The notes: generated by a model not told the origin, from the letters alone. A stretch of 28,817 nt of DNA from a virus (IMGVR_UViG_3300030099_002279:1-28817); one strand, 5' to 3'; counted from the first letter of the stretch, positions 15,514 to 24,635 are shown. A program made the numbers and translations.

Positions 15514-17265
15514 ATGGCAATTAGCGAAGATTTACAGAGAAGAATTAATAGTTTAACGCAAGGAAATATAGATCCAGGTTTTTTTGCAAAACTACCAGAA
15601 CTTACGCCAGAACAATCTGCCGCTATGCAGAGATCAGCTGAAATGATGCAAGTAACTCCAGAAAATATGCAACCCTTAACACCAGAGCAAAAAGCATACC
15701 AAAACAGATTTTTAGTGATGCCTCAAGGTCAAATGACCAATGAAGAAACTGCAATCATGGAAATTGCTAAAGAGGCTGAAATGTCTACAGACCCCGAAGA
15801 AAGAGAGGGTTTACTGGCTATGATGGAAAAATTGCAAGCGCAAGCCATGGCACCTATGGGTGAGTTAGCTCAAGAGTTAGCACAAATGGGTGGTGGTGAA
15901 GATACAGCCTTGGCCCATGTTAGACCAGGTGAAGTGGTCGTCCCTCCAGAAATCATAGAAGATCCAGAAGTAGAAAGTTTATTAGAAAGCAAGTTTAGCC
16001 AAATGGGTATAAACCCCGAAGAGGCGGTTGTCGGTGTCGGTATAGCAAGTCTTAACCCAAACACAGGTTTAGAGCAATTTGGTTTCTTTAAAAAGATTGG
16101 TAAAAAATTAAAGAAAGTTGTTAAAAAGGTAGCGCCGATCGCGGCCTTTATACCTGGAGTCGGAACCGCTTTAGGTGGTGTGCTTGGTGGAATCGGTGGA
16201 TTAGCCACTAAAATACCAGGCATCGGTGGTGCTTTAGGCGAGTTCGGTAGCACCATAGCTGGCGGTATCGCAAAAGCTGGTATTCCAGGAATTTCATCTA
16301 TAGCAGGCGGAACCAGTGGTGGTTTCGGTGGCATCATGGATGCACTGACCACTAAATCTGGTTTACTCGGTGGTGGTATGTTCGGCGAAACAGGATCTTC
16401 TTATTTTGGTGGCCCAGAGGCAGGCAAAGGTTTGGCCAATAGATTTGGCTTGGGTAGCGGAACAGCTGGACAGGTTGAGGCTTATCAAAAAGCACAACGC
16501 GCTCAAACTGTTTTGGATGCTTTGTCACCAGAGCAATTGGCGGCAATGGACCCAGCAGATTTAGAATTAATTAAACAGACTGCCGCAGGCGGAAGTGGAA
16601 CAGGTATTGGTAGCAACATAAGAAGTATTTTTGGTGGCGGATCTGGCGGTATCGGCGGAATACTTGGCAGTGGGTCGGGCACTGGAATAGGTGGAGGCGG
16701 TTTTGGAGACATGTTAAAAATGGGTGGTATTGGAGCCTTGGCCGCAGGACTTGGCAAGTTAGCTTATGATGAGGCCAAAGATCAAAAAGGCGTGCCTTTA
16801 ACTCCATTAACAACCATGGACGCTACAGGCAGATACAACATAGAGGCCGAGATAGCCAGAAGAATGGGCCAACAAGCACCGAATCCTGTTGAGTTTGGTT
16901 TATTACCCGAAGGGACTTTACCAGAGTTATCTGGTGGTAAACCAAGAGGCATGTATGGCGGTGGTATGGTAATGCCAATGGCTTACGCCGAAGGCGGTAA
17001 TGTGGCCATGGAAGATTTTGAAAGAATGAATGGCCGTATTGATGGCCCAGGGACAGAAACAAGTGATGACATACCAGCCATGTTAAGTGACGGCGAGTTT
17101 GTAATGACAGGCCAAGCAGTCCGTGGAGCGGGAAGTTTTGACATGCAAAATAACAGCGGCATAGTCACATTGACACCCAACGGTTCACCCGACAGAGAAA
17201 ACGGCACTGATTTAATGTATCAACTTATGGAGGTATTCAGCGGACAAGCACGTCCGTCGGCATAA
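15514..17265 (+). CDS. Internal virion / DNA ejection protein 1 (Gly-rich, membrane-active segments)
   Basis: Long Gly-rich hydrophobic core. The C-terminal YAEGG...GPGTETSDDIPAMLSDGEFV module resembles tape-measure protein C-termini. Confidence 0.65.
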   Translation: MAISEDLQRRINSLTQGNIDPGFFAKLPELTPEQSAAMQRSAEMMQVTPENMQPLTPEQKAYQNRFLVMPQGQMTNEETAIMEIAKEAEMSTDPEEREGLLAMMEKLQAQAMAPMGELAQELAQMGGGEDTALAHVRPGEVVVPPEIIEDPEVESLLESKFSQMGINPEEAVVGVGIASLNPNTGLEQFGFFKKIGKKLKKVVKKVAPIAAFIPGVGTALGGVLGGIGGLATKIPGIGGALGEFGSTIAGGIAKAGIPGISSIAGGTSGGFGGIMDALTTKSGLLGGGMFGETGSSYFGGPEAGKGLANRFGLGSGTAGQVEAYQKAQRAQTVLDALSPEQLAAMDPADLELIKQTAAGGSGTGIGSNIRSIFGGGSGGIGGILGSGSGTGIGGGGFGDMLKMGGIGALAAGLGKLAYDEAKDQKGVPLTPLTTMDATGRYNIEAEIARRMGQQAPNPVEFGLLPEGTLPELSGGKPRGMYGGGMVMPMAYAEGGNVAMEDFERMNGRIDGPGTETSDDIPAMLSDGEFVMTGQAVRGAGSFDMQNNSGIVTLTPNGSPDRENGTDLMYQLMEVFSGQARPSA

Positions 17266-17266
17266 C

Positions 17267-18928
17267 ATGGAACCAAGATTTAGACTTCCAAAAAACATTT
17301 TAAACGGCATTGGCCAAATACCGCGTTTTAATTTAGATTTTACAAAATTGTCAAAGCTACCAACTCCAGGTTTTATACCTAAAGGCATGAGTGAAAAATT
17401 TGCTCAACAATTAAAAGGTAAAGGAATAGATTTAGCAGATAAAAATTACTTGTATCAACCAAAGATCAATCTAGGGGCTGGTAGCAGAGAAAGATTCATT
17501 TCTATGCCACAACCAGTCAGTCCAACAACTTTGCCCAAGAACATGGGTATGCCTAGTCCTAGAGATCTTCCTTCAACGCCAGACCCAGTTCGATCATACA
17601 TAGATGTAGATGAAAACTTACAATTTGGCGATATGCCAATAACAACTATGCCAGTTTTTCGTGGAGATCCAGTACCTTTTGTTCCGCCTGTACAAACTAC
17701 CGCGCCTGCACCTGCACCGTCCCCAGCACCACAACCTGTAACACAAACAGGCGGCGACGCTCCTTTTGCGGCTGGCATTAGAAGAATAGAAACAGGACTA
17801 GATCCACTAACCAAACAATTATTATTCGGTTTAGACGGTAGAGGCGGATTTATACCAGGGGCCATGAGAGCCGCTGAGAAGGTATTTTTTGACGAACAAG
17901 GCCAACCTGTCGTTATTGAAGAACAAGTAGCAGGATTAACGCCAGATCAACTTAGAGCGCAGGAATTAGCCAGAGAAGGCATTGGCATACAAGATAGATT
18001 TATAGGTGACGCCGAACAAGCATTTAGAACTGGAGTCGGTGCATTAGACGTTGGTTTAGAAAGGGCCAGAGGATTAGGTCAAGCAGGTCTAGGTGCAACT
18101 ACAGCAGGTCTTGGTAGTCTTTTATCTGGAATCGGTGAGTCCGAAGGACTGATTCGCGGTACGCTCGGTGCCTACGATCCAAGAATGACAGGACAATTCT
18201 ACAATCCGTTTGAACAACAAGTGGTTCAACAAACCATAAGCGATATTATGGAACAAGGCGATAAACAAGATATGTTGGCCAGGGCCCAGGATATTGCTAG
18301 AGGTGGTGAATCTGCGTTTGGATCCAGAGCACGATTAGGCGCCGCAGAACGCCGTGAGGCGCTTGGAAGGGGTTTAGGTGAGGCTATCAGTGGAATACGC
18401 GCAGGCGGGTTCGGTGAGGCTCAGAGACTAGGTTTAGGTGAGTTTGCCAGACAACAACAAGCCGCAAGAACAGCGGCAGGTAGTTTAGCTAATTTAGCAG
18501 GATCAAGAATGGCAGGACAGCAACAATTAGCTGGGGCCTTAAGTGGACTCGGTAATTTAGAATCACAAATCGGTCAACAAAGACAACAATCACAGTTTGG
18601 CTTGGCAGGTAATTTATCTGGACTCGGCACTCAAGCACAGGCCGCTAGAGCCGCCGACGTACAACAATTAGCTGGATTTGGTTTACAACAGCAAGCATTA
18701 GAGCAACAAAGATTAGATGCACAAAGACGTAATCAATTACAAGCTCAACAAGCACCATTGGCTCAATATCAATCATTGGCTCCGTTTGTGAGTATGGCTC
18801 CAGCTGGACAGTTCCAAACAACCACAGACTTTACGCAAGCGCCTAGTCCCATGCAAGCGGCACTAACAACAGGTCTTGGGGCATTTGGCGCTATCGGTAA
18901 CATGTTTAATCAACAAAGAGCGGTTTAA
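17267..18928 (+). CDS. Internal virion / DNA ejection protein 2 (Gln/Gly/Ala-rich)
   Basis: Pro-rich N-terminus; FYNPFEQQVVQQT...SAFGSRA; hydrophobic C-terminal tail. Confidence 0.65.
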   Translation: MEPRFRLPKNILNGIGQIPRFNLDFTKLSKLPTPGFIPKGMSEKFAQQLKGKGIDLADKNYLYQPKINLGAGSRERFISMPQPVSPTTLPKNMGMPSPRDLPSTPDPVRSYIDVDENLQFGDMPITTMPVFRGDPVPFVPPVQTTAPAPAPSPAPQPVTQTGGDAPFAAGIRRIETGLDPLTKQLLFGLDGRGGFIPGAMRAAEKVFFDEQGQPVVIEEQVAGLTPDQLRAQELAREGIGIQDRFIGDAEQAFRTGVGALDVGLERARGLGQAGLGATTAGLGSLLSGIGESEGLIRGTLGAYDPRMTGQFYNPFEQQVVQQTISDIMEQGDKQDMLARAQDIARGGESAFGSRARLGAAERREALGRGLGEAISGIRAGGFGEAQRLGLGEFARQQQAARTAAGSLANLAGSRMAGQQQLAGALSGLGNLESQIGQQRQQSQFGLAGNLSGLGTQAQAARAADVQQLAGFGLQQQALEQQRLDAQRRNQLQAQQAPLAQYQSLAPFVSMAPAGQFQTTTDFTQAPSPMQAALTTGLGAFGAIGNMFNQQRAV

Positions 18929-20070
18929 TGGCAGATCCAACTAATGAATACATAGACATGCTAAGACAAAGAGCGGATGCTTTTGACTTTGATAAAGAAC
19001 AACAAAAATATGAGGATAGGTTGCAAAAATTTGTTGCACCTCCCAAAAAATATGGGATCTTTGATTTAGCAACAGCATTATCTCAAGGTCTTGGAGCACA
19101 ACAACAAGGCCCAGGACCAGATATGATTGGCGCTGGTTTGGCCATGGGTTTTAACCAAGCATCTGCGGAAATGAAAAGCAATCAACAAGCCTACGATCAA
19201 CAAAAAATGGAAATAGGATTGCAAGCCGCAAAAATAGCTTTACAGAATGAACAACAAGCAAATGAATACTTGGATAAAACTTTGTACGAGTTAGCTAAAG
19301 ATTCCGTTGGTGGAGGCGGTGATACAGCTGATATTTCAAATTTTAAATTTAGGCAAGGATTAGATGAAGAAGGTGCTAAATTGTGGGACACCATGAAAAA
19401 CCAAGACCCTTTATCATTATATCTTTTGGAGCAGGCAAAAAGAAAAGGCGGTGCTCCAGGTGGCGTTGATTTAACAACATTAGAAGAAGAGGTTGATAAA
19501 AATTTTGGCAAGATAGCAAGTGAATATATTTTAAAAGGTGCGCCGCAAATAGCGGCTAACCTATCTAATCTTAAAGAAAAAATTGAAATACTTGAGGCAG
19601 GCGAACTCAATGTTTCTGGGCCAATTACAGGATTACTTGGGGATGCCGCAAAAGGTATTTTTATGCCAGAGGCCGCATCTTTTTTGAGTGATATAAGGGA
19701 TGTAATTTTTCAATCATTAAAAGAAAAATTAGGAGCACAATTTACAGAAAGAGAGGGCGATAGATTGGTCGCCGCCGCTTTTAACCCATATTTGGATGAA
19801 TCACTAAATGTTGCAAGATTACAAAGGCTGTATGCAACTATAGAAGAGGCCGCACGAGCAAAACAAAACGCTATTACTTATTTTCAAGAAAACGGAACAA
19901 TCAAAGGCTATGATATACCAGTGTTGGATTTTAACACTTTGTTAGATACTGTTTCCAAAGAATCTGATTTTGAAAACATGACCGATGAGCAAATAGAGTT
20001 ATATTACGAAAACGCAGATCCCCTCGAGCAAGAAAAGATTTTAAACTTTCTTAGAAAAAGAGGTCAATAA
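18928..20070 (+). CDS. Internal virion / DNA ejection protein 3
   Basis: Predicted helical; LGAQFTEREG motif; TAATG overlap; position between ejection genes. Confidence 0.6.
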   Translation: MADPTNEYIDMLRQRADAFDFDKEQQKYEDRLQKFVAPPKKYGIFDLATALSQGLGAQQQGPGPDMIGAGLAMGFNQASAEMKSNQQAYDQQKMEIGLQAAKIALQNEQQANEYLDKTLYELAKDSVGGGGDTADISNFKFRQGLDEEGAKLWDTMKNQDPLSLYLLEQAKRKGGAPGGVDLTTLEEEVDKNFGKIASEYILKGAPQIAANLSNLKEKIEILEAGELNVSGPITGLLGDAAKGIFMPEAASFLSDIRDVIFQSLKEKLGAQFTEREGDRLVAAAFNPYLDESLNVARLQRLYATIEEAARAKQNAITYFQENGTIKGYDIPVLDFNTLLDTVSKESDFENMTDEQIELYYENADPLEQEKILNFLRKRGQ

Positions 20071-22899
20071 ATGTCTTTGTTAGAAAGATTAGAGGCTAAA
20101 AAAAAAGACAACGGCGCACAAGAGGATGAATCTTTAACAGGCGGCGAGGTTTTAACACAAGCAATACAAAACATACCTTCAAGCGCAGGACAATTAGTTT
20201 CTGACATCACAATGCCAATTCGGCACCCAATAATGACAGCACAATCATTAGCAAGTCTAGGTAGAGGCATTTACCAACTTACAACACCAGGAGAACAACC
20301 CGACGAGGCTACAGCAAAAGCTGTCGGTAAATTTTTTGCAGATCGTTATGGAACATTTGAGGGTTTTAAAAAGTCTTTCGCGCAAGATCCATTGGGTATT
20401 TTAAGTGATATTTCTGTGGTTTTTACAGGCGGGGCCGCGGCCGCGGCAAAAGTTCCAGGGGTAGCTGGAAGAACCACAGCAACTATTTCTAAGGTTGGTG
20501 ATGTCATAGATCCAGTTTTAGGCGGAGCAAAATTAATCGGAGCAACTGCAAAAGGTGTGGGTAATGTTGCTACTCCATTGTTAGGATTAACAACAGGAGC
20601 AGGCGCAGACGCAATATCAACTGCTGTAAAAGCAGGTGCATCGGGTCCAGAGGCACAAAAATTATTTTTAGAAAATATGCGAGGTCAAGTTTCACCAGAT
20701 GAAATTGTGCCAAAAGCGTTACAAGCAATGAAAGATTTGTCTGGACAAAAAACCAAAGATTTTAAAAGCAGTAAAAAGCAATTAGCGTTAGAAAGCACGC
20801 CAATAGTTTTTACTAAAATTACGGACAAAATAGCCGACTTTGAAAAATCAAAAATGTTTGAAGGCATGTCTGAATTATCGGCTAAAGCGCAAGATAAACT
20901 AAATAATATTAAAAAAATTGTAGCTGAGTTTGAGGCCAATCCAAAACTTCATAATGCAAAAGGTTTAGACATACTTAAAAGAAGAATCGACGCTGAATAC
21001 CCAACAGGTATTAATGTTGGCGATGCGGGCATGGTTGTAACTGATATAAGAAATTCAATTAAATCGCAAATTCTTAAAGAAGTTCCAGAGTATGGCAAGG
21101 TAATGAAGGATTACGAATTAGCAATCAATTTAGAAAAACAATTTAGATCTGAATTATCTTTGGGTAGAAATGCTAATGCTGGAACCACATTAAGAAAACT
21201 TCAATCTGCAATGCGTAATAATGTTAATACTTCTTACGGTAACAGATTGAACATGCTTAACATGTTAGATCCAAGTTTGGTCACAGAAATTGGAGGCCAA
21301 GCATTGAATGCTATTACTCCAAGAGGTTTACAGGGTTTGACTGCTGGAGCTATGGCTGGTTATGGTGGGTTTTTTAATCCTGCCGCTCTGGCTGGATTGC
21401 CTCTTCAATCTCCACGTTTAGTCGGAGAAACAGCATTTAAAATAGGTCAACTGCAAAAATCTTTACAGCCTTTAAAAAGCAGGACAGCTTTACAAACGGC
21501 TAGGTCCGCAAGATTGTTTGGAGAGTTTCAAAGAGCAACAGATACGGACGATCAAGCTGAATTGCTTAGACTGTTGTTAAAAAATCCAGACCTGGAAGAT
21601 AGCACAGAAAGTTTTAAGAGCAATGAGATAAATGATCTAAAAGGAGACGCTTTGCAGTTAAAAGATCAATTCGGTGATGACGATGATGATACAGATGTTT
21701 TAAGTTTGGCCGAAGGCGGTGATGTATCTATGACAACAAACAATATTGTAAATGATATATTGCTTTCGTATAGATCTGCATTTAGTCCAGGGGAATTACA
21801 AACCGAGCCATTAAAGAAACAAGTTATGTCTATGTTGAGAATTGAAAATGATTTAGAAAATCCAAAGTTTCAAGATCAAATATACAAAGAAATACAAACA
21901 TATAGAAATAGACTACAAGCTGACATGAGAAAAAGTAATTCTAATGAAATGGACTCTTTAAAAAAAATGCAAAATTTATTAGATCAATCTCTAAATAAAA
22001 ACATTGAAGATGGTTTTGCTACTGGCGATGAAATGATTATTGACCAATTAAAATATGCACCAAATTTATATCAGAATTTTGTTGATTTTAACAACGAAGA
22101 TGATGCTATTGATACAAAAGAAAAAATAGCAAATAAAATACTACAACAGATAGAAAACAATGATTACACGCCGAAAAATGTAGTCAATCTTATGTTTGCT
22201 CACAAACAGTTTGCTCCTAATCAAACCATGCCTACTTTAATAAATAAATTACAAAGCACTTTGCCAGAGGACAAATTTGTTGACGTTAAAGATATTTTGA
22301 AAGACGGAATTATTAGCAAGGCATTTAGTGTGAGTAAACAACAAAGCAACATTGCAGAAAATTTTTCTAATGTGATGAACGGGCAAAAAGAAATTGTAGA
22401 TGCTTTGTTTTCACCAATAGAAGTCGCAAGACTAAAAGGGTTTAAAAAAAATGTTTTGCCAGGTTTAAATAAAGAAATTAAGGATAATCCAGAAAATATT
22501 AACAATATTATGATTTCAGCTTTGGCCAAAAAAGACTTATTAAATTTTGCAAAGCCTATAGCGGATGATAGTTCGTTAGACATAGCAAGACAAACTTTAC
22601 AACGTTTTCAAGAGCCTCTTGTGACGAAAGATCCAAGCCTAGAAATAGACGTTGACGAAGGCTTACAACTAGAGGCTATGCCTATGCAAATGCCTATTGA
22701 AAACATAGATCCACAAATGGGATCACAAAACTTACAAACATCTATTAGTAATTTTGCGATGCCATCAATAGAGCAACCTTTATTTGCGCAACCAAGATCA
22801 GAATTATCTTTGCCACAAATAATTTCACCCACAATATTACCCGACGAGTTAGATCGTGAGATCGCTATGAGGGAAAGTGGTATTGCTGGTTTAGGGTAA
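20071..22899 (+). CDS. Large internal virion / DNA ejection protein 4 (942 aa)
   Basis: GAGGT RBS; Ala/Gly-rich hydrophobic N-terminal part followed by helical regions; last gene of the structural operon. Confidence 0.65.
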   Translation: MSLLERLEAKKKDNGAQEDESLTGGEVLTQAIQNIPSSAGQLVSDITMPIRHPIMTAQSLASLGRGIYQLTTPGEQPDEATAKAVGKFFADRYGTFEGFKKSFAQDPLGILSDISVVFTGGAAAAAKVPGVAGRTTATISKVGDVIDPVLGGAKLIGATAKGVGNVATPLLGLTTGAGADAISTAVKAGASGPEAQKLFLENMRGQVSPDEIVPKALQAMKDLSGQKTKDFKSSKKQLALESTPIVFTKITDKIADFEKSKMFEGMSELSAKAQDKLNNIKKIVAEFEANPKLHNAKGLDILKRRIDAEYPTGINVGDAGMVVTDIRNSIKSQILKEVPEYGKVMKDYELAINLEKQFRSELSLGRNANAGTTLRKLQSAMRNNVNTSYGNRLNMLNMLDPSLVTEIGGQALNAITPRGLQGLTAGAMAGYGGFFNPAALAGLPLQSPRLVGETAFKIGQLQKSLQPLKSRTALQTARSARLFGEFQRATDTDDQAELLRLLLKNPDLEDSTESFKSNEINDLKGDALQLKDQFGDDDDDTDVLSLAEGGDVSMTTNNIVNDILLSYRSAFSPGELQTEPLKKQVMSMLRIENDLENPKFQDQIYKEIQTYRNRLQADMRKSNSNEMDSLKKMQNLLDQSLNKNIEDGFATGDEMIIDQLKYAPNLYQNFVDFNNEDDAIDTKEKIANKILQQIENNDYTPKNVVNLMFAHKQFAPNQTMPTLINKLQSTLPEDKFVDVKDILKDGIISKAFSVSKQQSNIAENFSNVMNGQKEIVDALFSPIEVARLKGFKKNVLPGLNKEIKDNPENINNIMISALAKKDLLNFAKPIADDSSLDIARQTLQRFQEPLVTKDPSLEIDVDEGLQLEAMPMQMPIENIDPQMGSQNLQTSISNFAMPSIEQPLFAQPRSELSLPQIISPTILPDELDREIAMRESGIAGLG

Positions 22900-22930
22900 A
22901 AGAGCGTTCTGTCGCAAACTACGCTCTAAA
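22897..22930. terminator. Possible terminator between convergent units
   Basis: AGAGCGT (22901-22907) / ACGCTCT (22921-22927) inverted repeat with a 13-nt loop and a short T run on the minus strand. Confidence 0.4.
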
Positions 22931-22980
22931 GTTCTGGAGGGTAGGCTTGAAAAATTTATGAGAAAAGTGCCTAGCCGCGA

Positions 22981-23214
22981 CTAATCTTGTGACTCTGTTG
23001 CCTGGATCATGGCCCCAACTACTTCATAGTCTAACTCATAACCCATGTGAGATTTTCCATTTAATTTAACTTCTAAGTTACGAGATATTAACCTTAACAA
23101 CGCCGCTTGTTGATGTAGCGTTAGTCGGCTGAATAACTCTATAACCTCTGGTGCCTCAAGCACTGGCTTATATGATTGTGGCGTGGTTTTTTTAGCCATG
23201 ATGTTTTTAAGCAT
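22981..23214 (-). CDS. Hypothetical protein
   Basis: Directly downstream of the RHH-like gene on the minus strand; an alternative start exists at 23199. Confidence 0.7.
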   Translation of the reverse strand: MLKNIMAKKTTPQSYKPVLEAPEVIELFSRLTLHQQAALLRLISRNLEVKLNGKSHMGYELDYEVVGAMIQATESQD

Positions 23215-23220
23215 TAAAGT

Positions 23221-23418
23221 TTAAACAACGCCTCTGTATTCTTCTTCGGTATGAGCCTCAAGTCTTTTTAATCTTGCATACTCATTTTCGATAAGAACCT
23301 TAAGCTGGTCAATTTTAGATCTTCTTTCCATGTCGCAAATCTTTTGCAAAAGATCGTATGTTGACACATCAACTGCTAAACTTTTCCTGGTTTTATTGTC
23401 TTTAATATCTTGTTCCAT
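23221..23418 (-). CDS. Ribbon-helix-helix (Arc/CopG-like) transcriptional regulator, 65 aa
   Basis: RKSLAVD (beta ribbon), VSTYDLLQKICDMERRS (helix A and turn), KIDQLKVLIENEY (helix B). Start set at ATG 23418 because the track's start at 23445 lies inside the promoter. Confidence 0.7.
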   Translation of the reverse strand: MEQDIKDNKTRKSLAVDVSTYDLLQKICDMERRSKIDQLKVLIENEYARLKRLEAHTEEEYRGVV

Positions 23419-23424
23419 GAGGGG

Positions 23425-23453
23425 ATTGTATACGCTTTTGCACAAATATACAA
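23425..23453 (-). promoter_or_regulatory. Promoter of the RHH gene (leaderless), with the 18-bp box at 23427-23444
   Basis: Minus strand: TTGTAT, 17 nt spacer, TACAAT, 6 nt, ATG. Confidence 0.65.
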
Positions 23454-23472
23454 TTAAATATTAAAAAATGTA

Positions 23473-23481
23473 TGATAAAAT
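23473..23481 (+). promoter_or_regulatory. Extended -10 for the divergent oxygenase gene
   Basis: TG-A-TAAAAT ends 8 nt before ATG 23490; no SD is present. Confidence 0.4.
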
Positions 23482-23489
23482 AATTTTCA

Positions 23490-24203
23490 ATGTATCAACT
23501 AAAAAACTACCTTCTTAGCATGCAATCTCACTGGATGATAAACCAGGCGACTTATGATGCGGTCCAAGAAACAATACCCATAGTGGCCAAGTACCATGCC
23601 GACGCTGGAACAGAGAAAATGGCAAAGACACCAATCCATGGTATGGCCAAGAAAATATATCCAGACGTTTATAAGATTCCATTATTTCGCAGGCAGTTTT
23701 GTAAGCTCCTGGTCAAAGAAATTGATAGCATGCGAAAAGAGATAGGGTTTGAGGGCAACAAGGATGAAGATACTTTGCGGCAGATCCCAGAGATTGTATT
23801 GAAACAACAATGTCCAGAGCTTTATCGGAACATGTGGTTTGTGGCCCAGACAGTATTAAACCCAATCTTTATGGCAATCTGGCAGAGGAGCTGTGGAGAT
23901 CCAGCAAGTATACAGATTGCTAACTACAACCTAAAAGATAAAAAGCAGGGAGCCTGGCACCACGACGAAAGCGCAGATATAAGTGTGGTGGTTCCGCTTA
24001 ACACAGGAGATTATGAAGGCGGCGGGACCGAGTTTCATAATCATGGGGCCATCAAACCTTTGCCAACGGGCCATGCTTTAATCTTTCCTAGCTTTACACA
24101 GTTACACAAAGGTTTGCCAGTAGGATCTGGTGATAGATATTTATTAGTCTTTTGGTTGTGCAACAAAGACCGCATTTTCAACCTATATCAAGACCTTTTC
24201 TAA
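23490..24203 (+). CDS. 2OG-Fe(II) oxygenase, lysyl/prolyl hydroxylase-like
   Basis: H-x-D (WHHDE), VPLN..DYEGGGTEF, distal His (LHKGLPV), 2OG-binding Arg (GDRYLLVFW). Confidence 0.85.
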   Translation: MYQLKNYLLSMQSHWMINQATYDAVQETIPIVAKYHADAGTEKMAKTPIHGMAKKIYPDVYKIPLFRRQFCKLLVKEIDSMRKEIGFEGNKDEDTLRQIPEIVLKQQCPELYRNMWFVAQTVLNPIFMAIWQRSCGDPASIQIANYNLKDKKQGAWHHDESADISVVVPLNTGDYEGGGTEFHNHGAIKPLPTGHALIFPSFTQLHKGLPVGSGDRYLLVFWLCNKDRIFNLYQDLF

Positions 24204-24223
24204 AATTTCATAAATATACAAAT

Positions 24224-24252
24224 TTGCATAAATGTATACATTATGTTATAAT
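24224..24252 (+). promoter_or_regulatory. Strong sigma70 promoter with palindromic operator in the spacer
   Basis: TTGCAT, 17 nt spacer, TATAAT with TG extension; perfect palindrome AATGTATACATT at 24231-24242. Confidence 0.8.
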
Positions 24253-24311
24253 GGGTTTGGGTCGAGGTTTTATAAGAATATGAAATCGCCCATTTTCATG
24301 GAGAAAAATTT

Positions 24312-24635
24312 ATGGAAAAACCAACAAAAGGTGAGATGGCAAAAGTAACCTTTAGCACTCTGGAGAGGATTTTAGATTACTGCGATTGCTGTCAACAGTT
24401 AGGTGAGCAACAGGTGGGTAAATACAAAACCCATCGTAGCATACCTATCGATACCTGGTTATGTGTGCACCACATCGAGGGCCACGCCGAAAAAGGTGAG
24501 CTGGTCATTTGTGCTGATTGCATGTTAGATGCACAGAAAGAAGGCATTAAAGTTATTCACAATGGTGAAAAGCTAAATGCTGAAACTTCTGGGATGCAGT
24601 ATTTTAGAAAGGTCCCAGAAGAGTCTAACTCTTAG
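24312..24635 (+). CDS. Zn-binding, HNH-like hypothetical protein (moron)
   Basis: GGAG RBS; CDCC...LCVHHIEG...VICADC; has its own promoter and terminator. Confidence 0.7.
   Translation: MEKPTKGEMAKVTFSTLERILDYCDCCQQLGEQQVGKYKTHRSIPIDTWLCVHHIEGHAEKGELVICADCMLDAQKEGIKVIHNGEKLNAETSGMQYFRKVPEESNS

Noticed and set aside
362-22832. Many minus-strand and alternate-frame ORFs overlapping the structural genes (e.g. 362-694, 696-1007, 8522-8833, 15870-16352, 19197-19610)
   Set aside because: They are shadows of well-supported plus-strand genes, with low-complexity translations, no RBS and no recognisable motifs.
23419-23445. Track start at 23445 for the RHH gene
   Set aside because: It is a non-ATG start inside the predicted promoter spacer and operator; ATG 23418 fits a leaderless start.
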